This document shows positions 41,966 through 51,598 of a stretch of 64,000 nt of DNA, in pieces (within the stretch, counting starts at the first letter, position 1; each line of letters begins with the position of its first letter). The stretch lies in IMG/VR virus record IMGVR_UViG_2565956708_000007, one strand, 5' to 3'. Both the position numbers and the translations under genes were made by a program. The notes below the pieces were generated by a model, which was not told the origin of the DNA, did not search any database, and was given only the letters and a program-made list of their open reading frames with translations. Source of the stretch: a virus (Duplodnaviria > Heunggongvirae > Uroviricota > Caudoviricetes).

Positions 41966-42967
41966 ATGTCAAAGAAAAACAGACCAACAATTGGGCGAAC
42001 CCTTAATCCTTCAATATTAAGCGGATTTGATAGTTCTTCAGCCTCTGGCGATCGAGTCGAGCAGGTATTCAAGTTATCAACTGGTCGCCAGGCCACATTT
42101 ATTGAAGAGGTAATACCTCCGAACCAGGTAGAAAGCGATACCTTTGTTGATCAGCATAACAACGGGCGTGACCAGGCATCTCTTACGCCAAAATCATTAA
42201 AAAGTATCCGAAGCACTATTAAGCATCAGCAATTTTACCCTGCAATAGGTGTCAGACGGGCTACAGGGAAAATTGAAATTTTGGATGGTTCCCGGCGTCG
42301 AGCTTCTGCCATCTTAGAGAACGTAGGGTTGCGGGTTTTAGTCACGGACCAGGAGATCAGCGTTCAGGAAGCGCAAAATTTAGCGAAAGACGTTCAGACA
42401 GCATTGCAGCACAGCATTCGAGAAATAGGTCTGCGTTTGATGCGAATGAAAAATGATGGGATGAGTCAGAAGGATATTGCAGCCAAAGAAGGACTGTCTC
42501 AGGCGAAGGTCACGCGTGCTCTCCAGGCAGCGAGTGCTCCGGAAGAATTAGTCGCCCTTTTCCCTGTGCAGTCGGAATTAACCTTTTCGGACTACAAAAC
42601 GCTTTGTGCTGTTGGCGACGAAATGGGGAACAAGAATTTAGAGTTTGATCAGCTTATTCAAAACATATCCCCGGAAATAAACGACATCTTATCCATTGAA
42701 GAAATGGCCGAAGATGAAGTTAAAAATAAAATCCTGCGCTTGATAACAAAGGAAGCCTCACTACTCACGGATAAAGGTTCTAAAGATAAGTCCGTAGTTA
42801 CTGAATTATGGAAATTTGAGGACAAGGATCGCTTTGCAAGGAAGCGCGTGAAAGGCCGTGCATTTTCTTATGAGTTTAATCGACTTTCAAAAGAGCTACA
42901 GGAAGAACTCGACAGGATGATTGGGCATATCCTTAGAAAGAGCCTCGATAAAAAGCCGAAGCCTTAA
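41966..42967 (+). CDS. parB: ParB partition protein (333 aa)
   Basis: 333-aa ORF downstream of parA, followed by parS with ParB box motifs. Confidence 0.9.
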   Translation: MSKKNRPTIGRTLNPSILSGFDSSSASGDRVEQVFKLSTGRQATFIEEVIPPNQVESDTFVDQHNNGRDQASLTPKSLKSIRSTIKHQQFYPAIGVRRATGKIEILDGSRRRASAILENVGLRVLVTDQEISVQEAQNLAKDVQTALQHSIREIGLRLMRMKNDGMSQKDIAAKEGLSQAKVTRALQAASAPEELVALFPVQSELTFSDYKTLCAVGDEMGNKNLEFDQLIQNISPEINDILSIEEMAEDEVKNKILRLITKEASLLTDKGSKDKSVVTELWKFEDKDRFARKRVKGRAFSYEFNRLSKELQEELDRMIGHILRKSLDKKPKP

Positions 42968-42969
42968 AC

Positions 42970-43056
42970 TTTCGCCATTCAAATTTCACTGTTAACCTAC
43001 TGTTTTTAAAGTAAATCAATCTAAAATTTCAAGGTGAAATCGCCACGATTTCACCT
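42970..43056 (+). other. parS centromere (ParB box A heptamers and box B hexamers around an A/T-rich IHF-like core)
   Basis: TCGCCA-ttcaa-ATTTCAC ... GTGAAAT-CGCCAC-GATTTCACC. Confidence 0.85.
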
Positions 43057-43125
43057 TGGATTTTACCTTCCTCCCCTACTCCCGAAAAAAATAAAAAAAT
43101 TGCTTGTCACGAGAAAGTCAACAAG

Positions 43126-43141
43126 TGACTTTCAATAAAAT
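43126..43141 (+). promoter_or_regulatory. Putative late promoter (TGACT-N5-TAAAAT) inside an inverted repeat
   Basis: GAAAGTCA-acaag-TGACTTTC then caaTAAAAT. Confidence 0.45.
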
Positions 43142-43171
43142 CTCTTCCGAAAAGGGATTCACACAAGTGCC

Positions 43172-44899
43172 TTGTGTTTAAGGAAGAGTAAATTGAGTAA
43201 CTTACGCGAATACCAGAATCGTATTGCAGATATCGCAAAACGCTCTAAAGCTGTGCTTGGCTGGGCAAGCACTGCGCAGTTCGGTACTGATAACCAATTC
43301 ATTAAAGATGATGCCGCGCGTGCCGCATCTATCCTTGAAGCTGCACGTAAAGACCCGGTTTTTGCGGGTATCTCTGATAATGCCACCGCTCAAATCGCTA
43401 CAGCGTGGGCAAGTGCACTGGCTGACTACGCCGCAGCACATAAATCTATGCCGCGTCCGGAAATTCTGGCCTCCTGCCACCAGACGCTGGAAAACTGCCT
43501 GATTGAGTCCACCCGCAATAGCATGGATGCCACTAATAAAGCGATGCTGGAATCCGTCGCAGCAGAGATGATGAGCGTTTCTGACGGTGTTATGCGTCTG
43601 CCTTTATTCCTCGCGATGATCCTGCCTGTTCAGTTGGGGGCAGCTACCGCTGATGCGTGTACCTTCATTCCGGTTACGCGTGACCAGTCCGACATCTATG
43701 AAGTCTTTAACGTGGCAGGTTCCTCTTTTGGTTCTTATGCTGCTGGTGATGTTCTGGACATGCAATCCGTCGGTGTGTACAGCCAGTTACGCCGCCGCTA
43801 TGTGCTGGTGGCAAGCTCCGATGGCACCAGCAAAACCGCAACCTTCAAGATGGAAGACTTCGAAGGCCAGAATGTACCAATCCGAAAAGGTCGCACTAAT
43901 ATCTACGTTAACCGTATTAAGTCTGTTGTTGATAACGGTTCCGGCAGCCTACTTCACTCGTTTACTAATGCTGCTGGTGAGCAAATCACTGTTACCTGCT
44001 CTCTGAACTACAACATTGGTCAGATTGCCCTGTCGTTCTCCAAAGCGCCGGATAAAGGCACTGAGATCGCAATTGAGACGGAAATCAATATTGAAGCCGC
44101 TCCTGAGCTGATCCCGCTGATCAACCACGAAATGAAGAAATACACCCTGTTCCCAAGCCAGTTCGTTATCGCGGCTGAGCACACGGTACAGGCGGCGTAT
44201 GAAGCACAGCGTGAATTTGGTCTGGACCTGGGTTCCCTACAGTTCCGCACCCTGAAGGAATACCTGTCTCATGAACAGGATATGCTGCGTCTTCGCATCA
44301 TGATCTGGCGTACTCTTGCGAACGACACCTTTGACATCGCTCTGCCGGTTAACCAGTCCTTTGATGTATGGGCAACCATCATTCGTGGCAAATTCCAGAC
44401 TGTATATCGCGACATTATTGAGCGCGTTAAATCTTCTGGTGCGATGGGGATGTTTGCTGGTGCTGATGCAGCATCTTTCTTCAAACAGTTGCCGAAGGAT
44501 TTCTTCCAGCCAGCCGAAGACTATATCCAGACTCCGTATGTTCACTACATCGGTACCCTGTTCGGTAACGTGAAAGTGTACGAAGTACCTGCTGGTATTT
44601 GTAAGAACTTAACGACAGAGAACATTCAGTTCAGCTCGATGGATGTGCTGTGCTACGTCCGTGATGAAAATCCGGGTAAAGCAGGCTTCGTGACTGGTGA
44701 TGCTGTCCCGGCCATCCCGTTCCAGCATCCGACCACTCCGGCGCTGGTCAACCGTACCACGCTGTGGGGTTCGGCTATCAACGATATGCACCCACGCAAC
44801 GGCGCTGATTACTTCACTCGTGTAACGCTGACAATGGCCAAAAAAGGCGGGCTTAACTTCATTAGCGGCGACACGATTGATGCCGGTGACTCTGAGTAA
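43172..44899 (+). CDS. Putative major head protein (P1 gene 23-like); start may be TTG at 43193
   Basis: 575-aa ORF immediately after parS in the position of P1 gene 23; call by position. Confidence 0.55.
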   Translation: MCLRKSKLSNLREYQNRIADIAKRSKAVLGWASTAQFGTDNQFIKDDAARAASILEAARKDPVFAGISDNATAQIATAWASALADYAAAHKSMPRPEILASCHQTLENCLIESTRNSMDATNKAMLESVAAEMMSVSDGVMRLPLFLAMILPVQLGAATADACTFIPVTRDQSDIYEVFNVAGSSFGSYAAGDVLDMQSVGVYSQLRRRYVLVASSDGTSKTATFKMEDFEGQNVPIRKGRTNIYVNRIKSVVDNGSGSLLHSFTNAAGEQITVTCSLNYNIGQIALSFSKAPDKGTEIAIETEINIEAAPELIPLINHEMKKYTLFPSQFVIAAEHTVQAAYEAQREFGLDLGSLQFRTLKEYLSHEQDMLRLRIMIWRTLANDTFDIALPVNQSFDVWATIIRGKFQTVYRDIIERVKSSGAMGMFAGADAASFFKQLPKDFFQPAEDYIQTPYVHYIGTLFGNVKVYEVPAGICKNLTTENIQFSSMDVLCYVRDENPGKAGFVTGDAVPAIPFQHPTTPALVNRTTLWGSAINDMHPRNGADYFTRVTLTMAKKGGLNFISGDTIDAGDSE

Positions 44900-44959
44900 T
44901 CAGGGGAAGTTCTCCGTTTAACATAGCGCCCCCGTGCGGGGCGCATAACAGGGAAAGTT

Positions 44960-46549
44960 ATGTCTCAATATTCAATTCAACAGTCATTAGGTAATGCATC
45001 CGGCGTCGCGGTTAGCCCGATCAATGCCGATGCGACGTTATCTACCGGTGTTGCATTAAATAGCAGCTTATGGGCTGGTATTGGCGTATTTGCGCGTGGC
45101 AAGCCGTTTACTGTTCTTGCGGTTACTGAGTCCAATTACGAAGATGTTCTCGGCGAACCGCTGAAGCCGTCTTCCGGCTCACAGTTCGAACCAATTCGCC
45201 ATGTATACGAAGCTATTCAGCAAACGTCTGGTTATGTTGTTCGCGCTGTTCCGGATGATGCGAAGTTCCCGATTATTATGTTCGATGAATCAGGCGAACC
45301 GGCTTACAGTGCGTTGCCATACGGTTCTGAAATTGAACTTGATAGTGGCGAAGCCTTTGCTATCTACGTTGATGATGGTGATCCGTGTATTTCACCTACC
45401 CGTGAGTTAACCATCGAAACGGCAACAGCGGACAGCGCGGGTAATGAACGCTTCCTCTTAAAACTGACCCAGACGACTTCGCTCGGCGTGGTAACGACCC
45501 TGGAGACACACACTGTGTCTTTGGCGGAAGAAGCGAAAGATGACATGGGCCGCTTGTGTTATCTGCCTACGGCTCTGGAAGCCCGTTCTAAATATCTGCG
45601 CGCGGTTGTTAATGAAGAGCTGATTTCGACAGCGAAAGTAACAAACAAAAAATCGTTGGCGTTCACTGGCGGTACCAACGGCGATCAGTCGAAAATCTCA
45701 ACCGCTGCGTACCTGCGTGCGGTTAAAGTGCTGAATAATGCGCCGTACATGTACACCGCTGTTCTCGGCCTGGGTTGCTATGACAATGCGGCGATCACCG
45801 CGTTAGGTAATATCTGTTCTGATCGCCTGATTGATGGCTTCTTTGATGTCAAACCGACATTGACGTATACGGAAGCGCTCTCTGCTGTTGAAGATACCGG
45901 TTTACTTGGTACCGATTATGTAAGCTGTGCTGTCTATCACTTCCCGTTCTCCTGCAAAGACAAATGGACCCAATCCCGTGTGGTCTTCGGTCTGTCTGGC
46001 GCGGCGTATGCGGCGAAAGCTCGTGGCGTCAAGAAAAACTCTGATGTCGGCGGTTGGCATTACTCACCGGCTGGTGAAGAACGTGCCGTCATTGCTCGTG
46101 CGTCAATTCAACCGCTGTATCCGGAAGATACCCCGGACGAAGAAGCAATGGTCAAGGGCCGTCTCAATAAAGTATCTGTTGGCACCTCTGGCCAGATGAT
46201 CATCGACGATGCTTTAACTTGCTGCACGCAGGATAACTATCTGCACTTCCAGCACGTCCCATCCCTGATGAATGCAATCAGCCGTTTCTTTGTCCAGTTA
46301 GCCCGACAGATGAAGCATAGCCCGGACGGTATTACTGCGGCTGGCCTGACTAAAGGGATGACCAAACTTTTAGATCGCTTTGTCGCCTCCGGCGCTCTGG
46401 TGGCTCCTCGTGATCCTGATGCTGACGGTACAGAACCGTATGTGCTGAAAGTTACGCAGGCGGAATTCGATAAATGGGAAGTAGTCTGGGCCTGCTGCCC
46501 GACTGGCGTAGCCCGTCGTATCCAGGGCGTACCGCTGCTTATTAAGTAA
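44960..46549 (+). CDS. Tail sheath protein (P1 gene 22-like)
   Basis: 529 aa; C-terminal region with GGWHYSPAG and following pattern resembling contractile sheath proteins. Confidence 0.6.
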   Translation: MSQYSIQQSLGNASGVAVSPINADATLSTGVALNSSLWAGIGVFARGKPFTVLAVTESNYEDVLGEPLKPSSGSQFEPIRHVYEAIQQTSGYVVRAVPDDAKFPIIMFDESGEPAYSALPYGSEIELDSGEAFAIYVDDGDPCISPTRELTIETATADSAGNERFLLKLTQTTSLGVVTTLETHTVSLAEEAKDDMGRLCYLPTALEARSKYLRAVVNEELISTAKVTNKKSLAFTGGTNGDQSKISTAAYLRAVKVLNNAPYMYTAVLGLGCYDNAAITALGNICSDRLIDGFFDVKPTLTYTEALSAVEDTGLLGTDYVSCAVYHFPFSCKDKWTQSRVVFGLSGAAYAAKARGVKKNSDVGGWHYSPAGEERAVIARASIQPLYPEDTPDEEAMVKGRLNKVSVGTSGQMIIDDALTCCTQDNYLHFQHVPSLMNAISRFFVQLARQMKHSPDGITAAGLTKGMTKLLDRFVASGALVAPRDPDADGTEPYVLKVTQAEFDKWEVVWACCPTGVARRIQGVPLLIK

Positions 46550-46558
46550 GGGAATACA

Positions 46559-47374
46559 ATGAGCAAAAACTTTTTTCAATCCGGGGCATTTTTGGGGAAT
46601 GGACTGTCCCGTTTCGCTTTGAACTCTGATCCTGTGCAGCTGATGGAGTCTGCCCGAGCAAGCGCCGAACCGCCAACAGATCCGGTTATTAATAATAATC
46701 CGGAACCGGCGGCACAGACTAACGATAACGTTCCATCTGCCCCGGCTCCAGAGCAAATCCTGGAAGGGAAAGACGGTAAAGAATGGACCGTCGAACAGGC
46801 GCACCAGATGATTCTGGAAGCTGCAAATCGAAGTGCTATGCAGAATGCGTTGAGTGATGCGGCCGACGCCGTTTTCTCCTGGGCTGATAGCGGTGATCTG
46901 ACTTTCGACTCCCTTGATGGTTTCGTTCAGGCTATCGCTGGTATCTCTGATGACGACGACTCCGAAGTTACAGAAGAACAGGACGATGCCTATAACGAAG
47001 CATGGGCAAATGTTGCTGACTTCCTCGCAGCATGCGGTGTAGATGATGACCTGATCGAAGCACTGGCTGACGATGAAGACGACGACGCTGCTGCTGATGT
47101 TGGTGCCTCTATCGCTGGTTTAGATAGCGACGACCGTGACGAACTGGAAGCGGCGTTTGTTGTTGCTGGCACTTCTGATGAAATGCTGACTGAAGCATTT
47201 AAGAAGGTTGTTCGTAACGGTGAGATCAAACTCATCCGTAAACGCCTGCGTAAAAAACGTCTGACTGCGGCTCAAAAATCGGCGCTGAAAAAAGCGCGTC
47301 GAAAAGCCCAGACCGGCGCGGCAAAACTTGCCCGCAAAAAGTCAATGAAACTGCGCCGTAAGCGCCTTGGCTAA
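46559..47374 (+). CDS. Acidic protein with highly basic C-terminal tail (271 aa)
   Basis: D/E-rich body, KR-rich last 50 residues. Confidence 0.5.
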   Translation: MSKNFFQSGAFLGNGLSRFALNSDPVQLMESARASAEPPTDPVINNNPEPAAQTNDNVPSAPAPEQILEGKDGKEWTVEQAHQMILEAANRSAMQNALSDAADAVFSWADSGDLTFDSLDGFVQAIAGISDDDDSEVTEEQDDAYNEAWANVADFLAACGVDDDLIEALADDEDDDAAADVGASIAGLDSDDRDELEAAFVVAGTSDEMLTEAFKKVVRNGEIKLIRKRLRKKRLTAAQKSALKKARRKAQTGAAKLARKKSMKLRRKRLG

Positions 47375-47409
47375 AGGAGGGGGCCGGAGAACTCCGGCCT
47401 TTAACTTGA

Positions 47410-47991
47410 ATGGCTCCTATAGCTTATGGGGTTTACAGCCAGGCTGACGGTGTATCGCCATATCTGAAAGTTACTTTAACGAACTCTCAGTACCAGGTTA
47501 CCGGATATATCAGCCAGGGAGCGGCAATGAACATGGCCCAGAATTGGGAAGCGCCATTTACCGGTATGTCCATGGGATCTGTTTCTGGTGCTCTGGGTGG
47601 TTTTGTGCAAGTAGGTACTGAAACAACGTCTGTTGCCCGTTGGAATAGCTTAATGGTTTGGGAAGGGGGGACTCCGCCGACGTTCACGCTGCCCGTAACT
47701 TTCATTGCTTTGAACAATCCATTCATTGAAGTTTCAGGCGCTATCGCCGCGTTGACAGCCATGATTAGCCCGGAACTAAAAGCGGCCAATGTTGGTGGTC
47801 GAATCCCGGAGCGCGTGACGCTAAACATTGGTCGCCGGATCAACATCACCGATGTCGCCATCCAGGACTTAAGTTTTGATCTCGATGCGCCAAGGGACAG
47901 TAATGGATATTTCCTGAAAAACACCGTCAACCTCCAGTTGACCGGTTCTTCGATATATAACAGCTCCGATATTGTTCGGGCGTTCCAGTAA
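47410..47991 (+). CDS. Hypothetical virion protein (193 aa)
   Basis: ORF in head/tail operon. Confidence 0.5.
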   Translation: MAPIAYGVYSQADGVSPYLKVTLTNSQYQVTGYISQGAAMNMAQNWEAPFTGMSMGSVSGALGGFVQVGTETTSVARWNSLMVWEGGTPPTFTLPVTFIALNNPFIEVSGAIAALTAMISPELKAANVGGRIPERVTLNIGRRINITDVAIQDLSFDLDAPRDSNGYFLKNTVNLQLTGSSIYNSSDIVRAFQ

Positions 47992-48002
47992 AAGGATTTT
48001 AT

Positions 48003-48512
48003 ATGGGGCACAATAACACTAAGGGAAACCGTAAATTTATTAAGGGCCGCTATACTGCCAACGCGGCCAAAGGCGAACGACTGGTATCTTCTGAATTCCA
48101 GCTCACTTTTGCAGGCTATGAAGATATCAGCGTACTGGTTCGCACGTCGCAAATCCCTGAAATGACCCGCGAGGATGTGGAGGACTATGGCCCAAATGGT
48201 GTGAAGTTCAACCAGCACGGTCCAATCCGTAACTCCGGGGAAATCCAGGTCCAGTGCGTGGAGACTATCGAAGGCGATATTCTTCAGTTCATTAAAGATC
48301 GCATTGCGGCGAAGGACTATGTTGATATCACGATGGCTGCGACCCCTGAATCCAAATCTTCCGGGGTTAACGCTGTGACAAAAGCTGCTACAACAATTGA
48401 AATGTTGGACTGCAAAATCTACAGTGATGCAATCGACTTTAGTACCGAAGATGTGACTGCCGCTGTGCGCCCGTCACTTCGTATCGTCTACAACTGGATT
48501 GAGTGGGATTAA
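48003..48512 (+). CDS. Putative tail tube-like protein (169 aa)
   Basis: size and position after sheath; weak call. Confidence 0.4.
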   Translation: MGHNNTKGNRKFIKGRYTANAAKGERLVSSEFQLTFAGYEDISVLVRTSQIPEMTREDVEDYGPNGVKFNQHGPIRNSGEIQVQCVETIEGDILQFIKDRIAAKDYVDITMAATPESKSSGVNAVTKAATTIEMLDCKIYSDAIDFSTEDVTAAVRPSLRIVYNWIEWD

Positions 48513-48533
48513 GAGTCATCCCTTGTATTTTAA

Positions 48534-48556
48534 AGCTCCTTCGGGAGCTTTTTTTA
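48534..48556 (+). terminator. Intrinsic terminator
   Basis: AGCTCC-ttcg-GGAGCT followed by TTTTTTT. Confidence 0.8.
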
Positions 48557-48615
48557 TAACTATTTTATATAAACATGCATCGATAACATTGTCTGGAGTT
48601 TTATGTTAGATTATT

Positions 48616-48632
48616 AATGTTCTAATAAACTA
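48616..48632 (+). promoter_or_regulatory. Weak C1 operator-like site
   Basis: AATGTTCTAATAAACTA, 13/17. Confidence 0.3.
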
Positions 48633-48653
48633 CAATTATTGAGGTAGCTGTTT

Positions 48654-49280
48654 GTGCCTGTACTGTTAAAGGGGGACTCTAAAATGGCTGTGATTCCAAT
48701 GTCGTACTCCCCGGGTACTGTCGCTCGTCGATTTTCGATCCTGGACGGAGTTACCATCCAAGGTGTGCTTTACCAGGTTATATGGGATTCCAAAACCCCA
48801 TTTGCAGCTGTAATAGAGGCTGCGCCTTCTATTATCGATGGTGATATGCGCCATAAGGTTGTCGCTACTCTTGAACTTCAACGTCGCCCGCAGCTTGAAG
48901 GCGTACTGGTAAGGAAGTTCTGGGAGGATAGCGATGTTGCCCAGATTGAAGGTATCGTGGTTGATGGAACCGTCCGGGATGTCGGTTTAGCTACTTTTGT
49001 TTACGAAACCGTAGCCTCAAAAGCTGGTGTTGTTTTGCTCAGTGATAATGAGCAATACGAAGGTGGAAAAGCTCTTTGGCAACACATCGCCCGTCGCTCT
49101 TCCGAGCTAAAAGTGTTTATCCTTGACACCGATGCCGCTCAGTATTACCCGTTTGACGGCGAACGTGTTTGCTATGACGGGGTAAGTATTCCTGAATCCG
49201 AGATATGGAGTGAACACCCAGATCGAAGTAAGCATGGGGTTGTTCTGGTCGCTGAATCCATAATTGGAAATGCGGCATAG
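48654..49280 (+). CDS. Hypothetical protein (208 aa; likely start MAVIPMS)
   Basis: ORF. Confidence 0.45.
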   Translation: MPVLLKGDSKMAVIPMSYSPGTVARRFSILDGVTIQGVLYQVIWDSKTPFAAVIEAAPSIIDGDMRHKVVATLELQRRPQLEGVLVRKFWEDSDVAQIEGIVVDGTVRDVGLATFVYETVASKAGVVLLSDNEQYEGGKALWQHIARRSSELKVFILDTDAAQYYPFDGERVCYDGVSIPESEIWSEHPDRSKHGVVLVAESIIGNAA

Positions 49281-49462
49281 CAGTAAAAAATTCCTTGCTC
49301 CTTAAAAGGGGAGAGGGTTAATCTACGTATGCTAAGCATAGATATGGCCTCAGATTAATGTTAAGCGTCTTGCAGGACGCGTAATGTTATCTGGGGCTTT
49401 CTTCTATCTGCTTTTCGGGTAATGCCTGAAGCAGATAGCCTCAAGCACCCGCAACGATTGTA

Positions 49463-49789
49463 TCAATGTCTGGCTTTTTTTCTATAGAAATCACCTGGAA
49501 GGGTGAATATCCACATCAGAAGAAATGTTGCAGCAAACATGATCCCTAATGGCCAGACCGCGCCAAAGAAAATCCATTCTAAGATCTCCTCTGCTTGTTC
49601 TTTGCGGTCGATATCGACAAGCATTTTTCGGCTGATCATGTATACACAGAAGCCAATACAAACATATCCTGCAAAAGCGATCGCTAACTGTAAAAAATCA
49701 GATTGCATCTCCGACCTCAAACTGAAAACGCCAGGTGACTCCAGATTAGAGCAATCTATCACCCTCTGAATCCTGCCGGTATACCCCAT
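49463..49789 (-). CDS. Small membrane protein downstream of repL
   Basis: two hydrophobic segments. Confidence 0.4.
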   Translation of the reverse strand: MGYTGRIQRVIDCSNLESPGVFSLRSEMQSDFLQLAIAFAGYVCIGFCVYMISRKMLVDIDRKEQAEEILEWIFFGAVWPLGIMFAATFLLMWIFTLPGDFYRKKARH

Positions 49790-50604
49790 TGTTCGTTATC
49801 TTTATTTTTGGCTAAAACCGCATTAAGAGCTTCGTTTACCGTCATGCAATGCGGCAAATTATCGAAGTTTGATACCCCGCCAATATCAGGAGAACGCTTG
49901 TTCTTCAGGTAAGCATATTTCCGCGCTGCCGCCTCTACTTTCTGCTTGAACTCATGTTTTTGAGCGCGCTTTTTGGATAACCGCAGATTGTCAGCCTTTG
50001 CTTTTGCCTCAGCGATCCATGAAGTCAATTTTTTGAGTCTGCTCGTTCCGGCACCGCCGGAAACTGATCTTTTTGTTTTTTTAACTTGTGACTTCTTATT
50101 CTTTATTGCCACGTCATCCTGACAGGGGGAGGGGGTATCATTTTGACATGGGGGTGTGGATAAAAAATTAAATAAAGCCAATGTCTTAGCGAGAACAGCT
50201 TTAACCTTGGTTGCCGCTGAAGAGATCTTTAATTTGCTTTCAATCAGCGCATTTTTGGCTTGTTGTGCGAAGGCCAAAAAGGATGGCGTAAACCGGTACA
50301 GGTTAGCGCGACGTTCACGGTGATCGCCGATAACAATCTCTACAGACAGAATTCCTTTGTTTACAGCTTCACGGAATGCACGAACGACGGTTGATTGGCT
50401 ATAACCAGTTTCTGCCGCGATCAGGCGGTGAGGCTTGTGAATGAAGTATTCACTGGTTGTTGCCGCGAGATTTGCACATTGCGACAGGATATGCCCGGCG
50501 CTACGGGATAGACCGGAGTGTGTTACAAAGCAGGCCAATTCATAGCCAGAAAAAGTAAAATCGCTCATCGTTATACAGCTCAGGAAAGTGACTTTAGCCA
50601 GCAT
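49759..50604 (-). CDS. repL: RepL, lytic replication initiator (oriL expected within)
   Basis: MSDFTFSGYELACFVTHSGLSRSAG recognised as P1 RepL; downstream of kilA under an operator. Confidence 0.85.
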   Translation of the reverse strand: MLAKVTFLSCITMSDFTFSGYELACFVTHSGLSRSAGHILSQCANLAATTSEYFIHKPHRLIAAETGYSQSTVVRAFREAVNKGILSVEIVIGDHRERRANLYRFTPSFLAFAQQAKNALIESKLKISSAATKVKAVLAKTLALFNFLSTPPCQNDTPSPCQDDVAIKNKKSQVKKTKRSVSGGAGTSRLKKLTSWIAEAKAKADNLRLSKKRAQKHEFKQKVEAAARKYAYLKNKRSPDIGGVSNFDNLPHCMTVNEALNAVLAKNKDNEQWGIPAGFRG

Positions 50605-50633
50605 TACAATGCTGGTGGTTCTTACTACGTCTG

Positions 50634-51434
50634 TTAGCGCGTTGCCGCGACAGGTACCAGCACACCAGCATCAAGCAATCGCTTCATCAGCCACTGCTGA
50701 CCTTTGCCGGTTATACGAGTCGTGAAAGAAATCCTGCTTCCATTGCTTGTATCGATCACGGTTTCTTTAAGGGTGAAATACCCACGGGATATGTATTCTT
50801 GTTTGGGGACGTTCCTGCGTTCACCGGTTGCGATCAGAATTCCGTTATCACGCAACCAGGTGAAGAGATAGTTTTGGCCCAGGCCGAGCACTTTGGCATA
50901 GTTGCCGATTAGAACCCCGCTGGCGGTAGCAACGCGTTCGGCGAATTCGACTTTAGGTGCATCCATCAGCATTTTTTGCTCCAGCCGTTGCTTTTGCTCT
51001 GCCAGGTCAGCAGCCAAACGGAGAGCTTCTGGGAGGCTCTTCGGAATAGCAGGTTGTAATCTTCCGGCTCGATAGTCGATAAATGTCTGGTTTACCTTCA
51101 GCCGAAACGCGGGAGAAATCCAGCCTGCGTACTCCACTGCGAGCAATTCATGGGCAAAAGTGCCGCCGCCACGGCCTTCGAACGAAACTATGCAATTCTG
51201 CATAGTTTCTTTTTCAAGCTCTTCGATGAGCTGTTTGGCTGACAGCGTTCTTAGCCATTGAGCTGGCGCTTTATGGGCACCGAGTCCGCTCGCTCTGTGT
51301 AGAGCATTAAGGTTGTAACGGCCAGCGCGGTCGGTCGTAATTTCAACACCACAAATAACAGGCAGAGTGGTTGAAGGATCGACATTTTGATGAAGGTTTG
51401 ATATATTCATATCCGCATTGAATGTTTGTTGCAT
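50634..51434 (-). CDS. kilA: KilA (KilA-N domain with C-terminal ANT-type domain)
   Basis: 266 aa; C-terminal half paralogous to the Ant C-terminus. Confidence 0.85.
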   Translation of the reverse strand: MQQTFNADMNISNLHQNVDPSTTLPVICGVEITTDRAGRYNLNALHRASGLGAHKAPAQWLRTLSAKQLIEELEKETMQNCIVSFEGRGGGTFAHELLAVEYAGWISPAFRLKVNQTFIDYRAGRLQPAIPKSLPEALRLAADLAEQKQRLEQKMLMDAPKVEFAERVATASGVLIGNYAKVLGLGQNYLFTWLRDNGILIATGERRNVPKQEYISRGYFTLKETVIDTSNGSRISFTTRITGKGQQWLMKRLLDAGVLVPVAATR

Positions 51435-51493
51435 TTTTTCTCCAAATTTGCATCAACCTTCAATCACCAGCTCGAAATGGTGATTCTTTGCAC

Positions 51494-51510
51494 TTAGAAA
51501 ACGAAATTTA
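51494..51510 (-). promoter_or_regulatory. C1 operator-like site controlling kilA-repL
   Basis: plus strand AAATTTATTAGAGCAAA, 16/17. Confidence 0.75.
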
Positions 51511-51598
51511 TTAGAGCAAATTTTTCTAACTCGATCCAGATCGGGTTGGACGATCTGCTCAGAAACCTGCCAGTTTGCTGGCAGGTTTTTTTCTTTTG

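Noticed and set aside
49415-49450. Terminator between the convergent genes ending at 49280 and 49463
   Set aside because: A 10-bp stem exists (CTATCTGCTT...AAGCAGATAG) but neither strand has a U-run after it; kept only as a possible RNA structure
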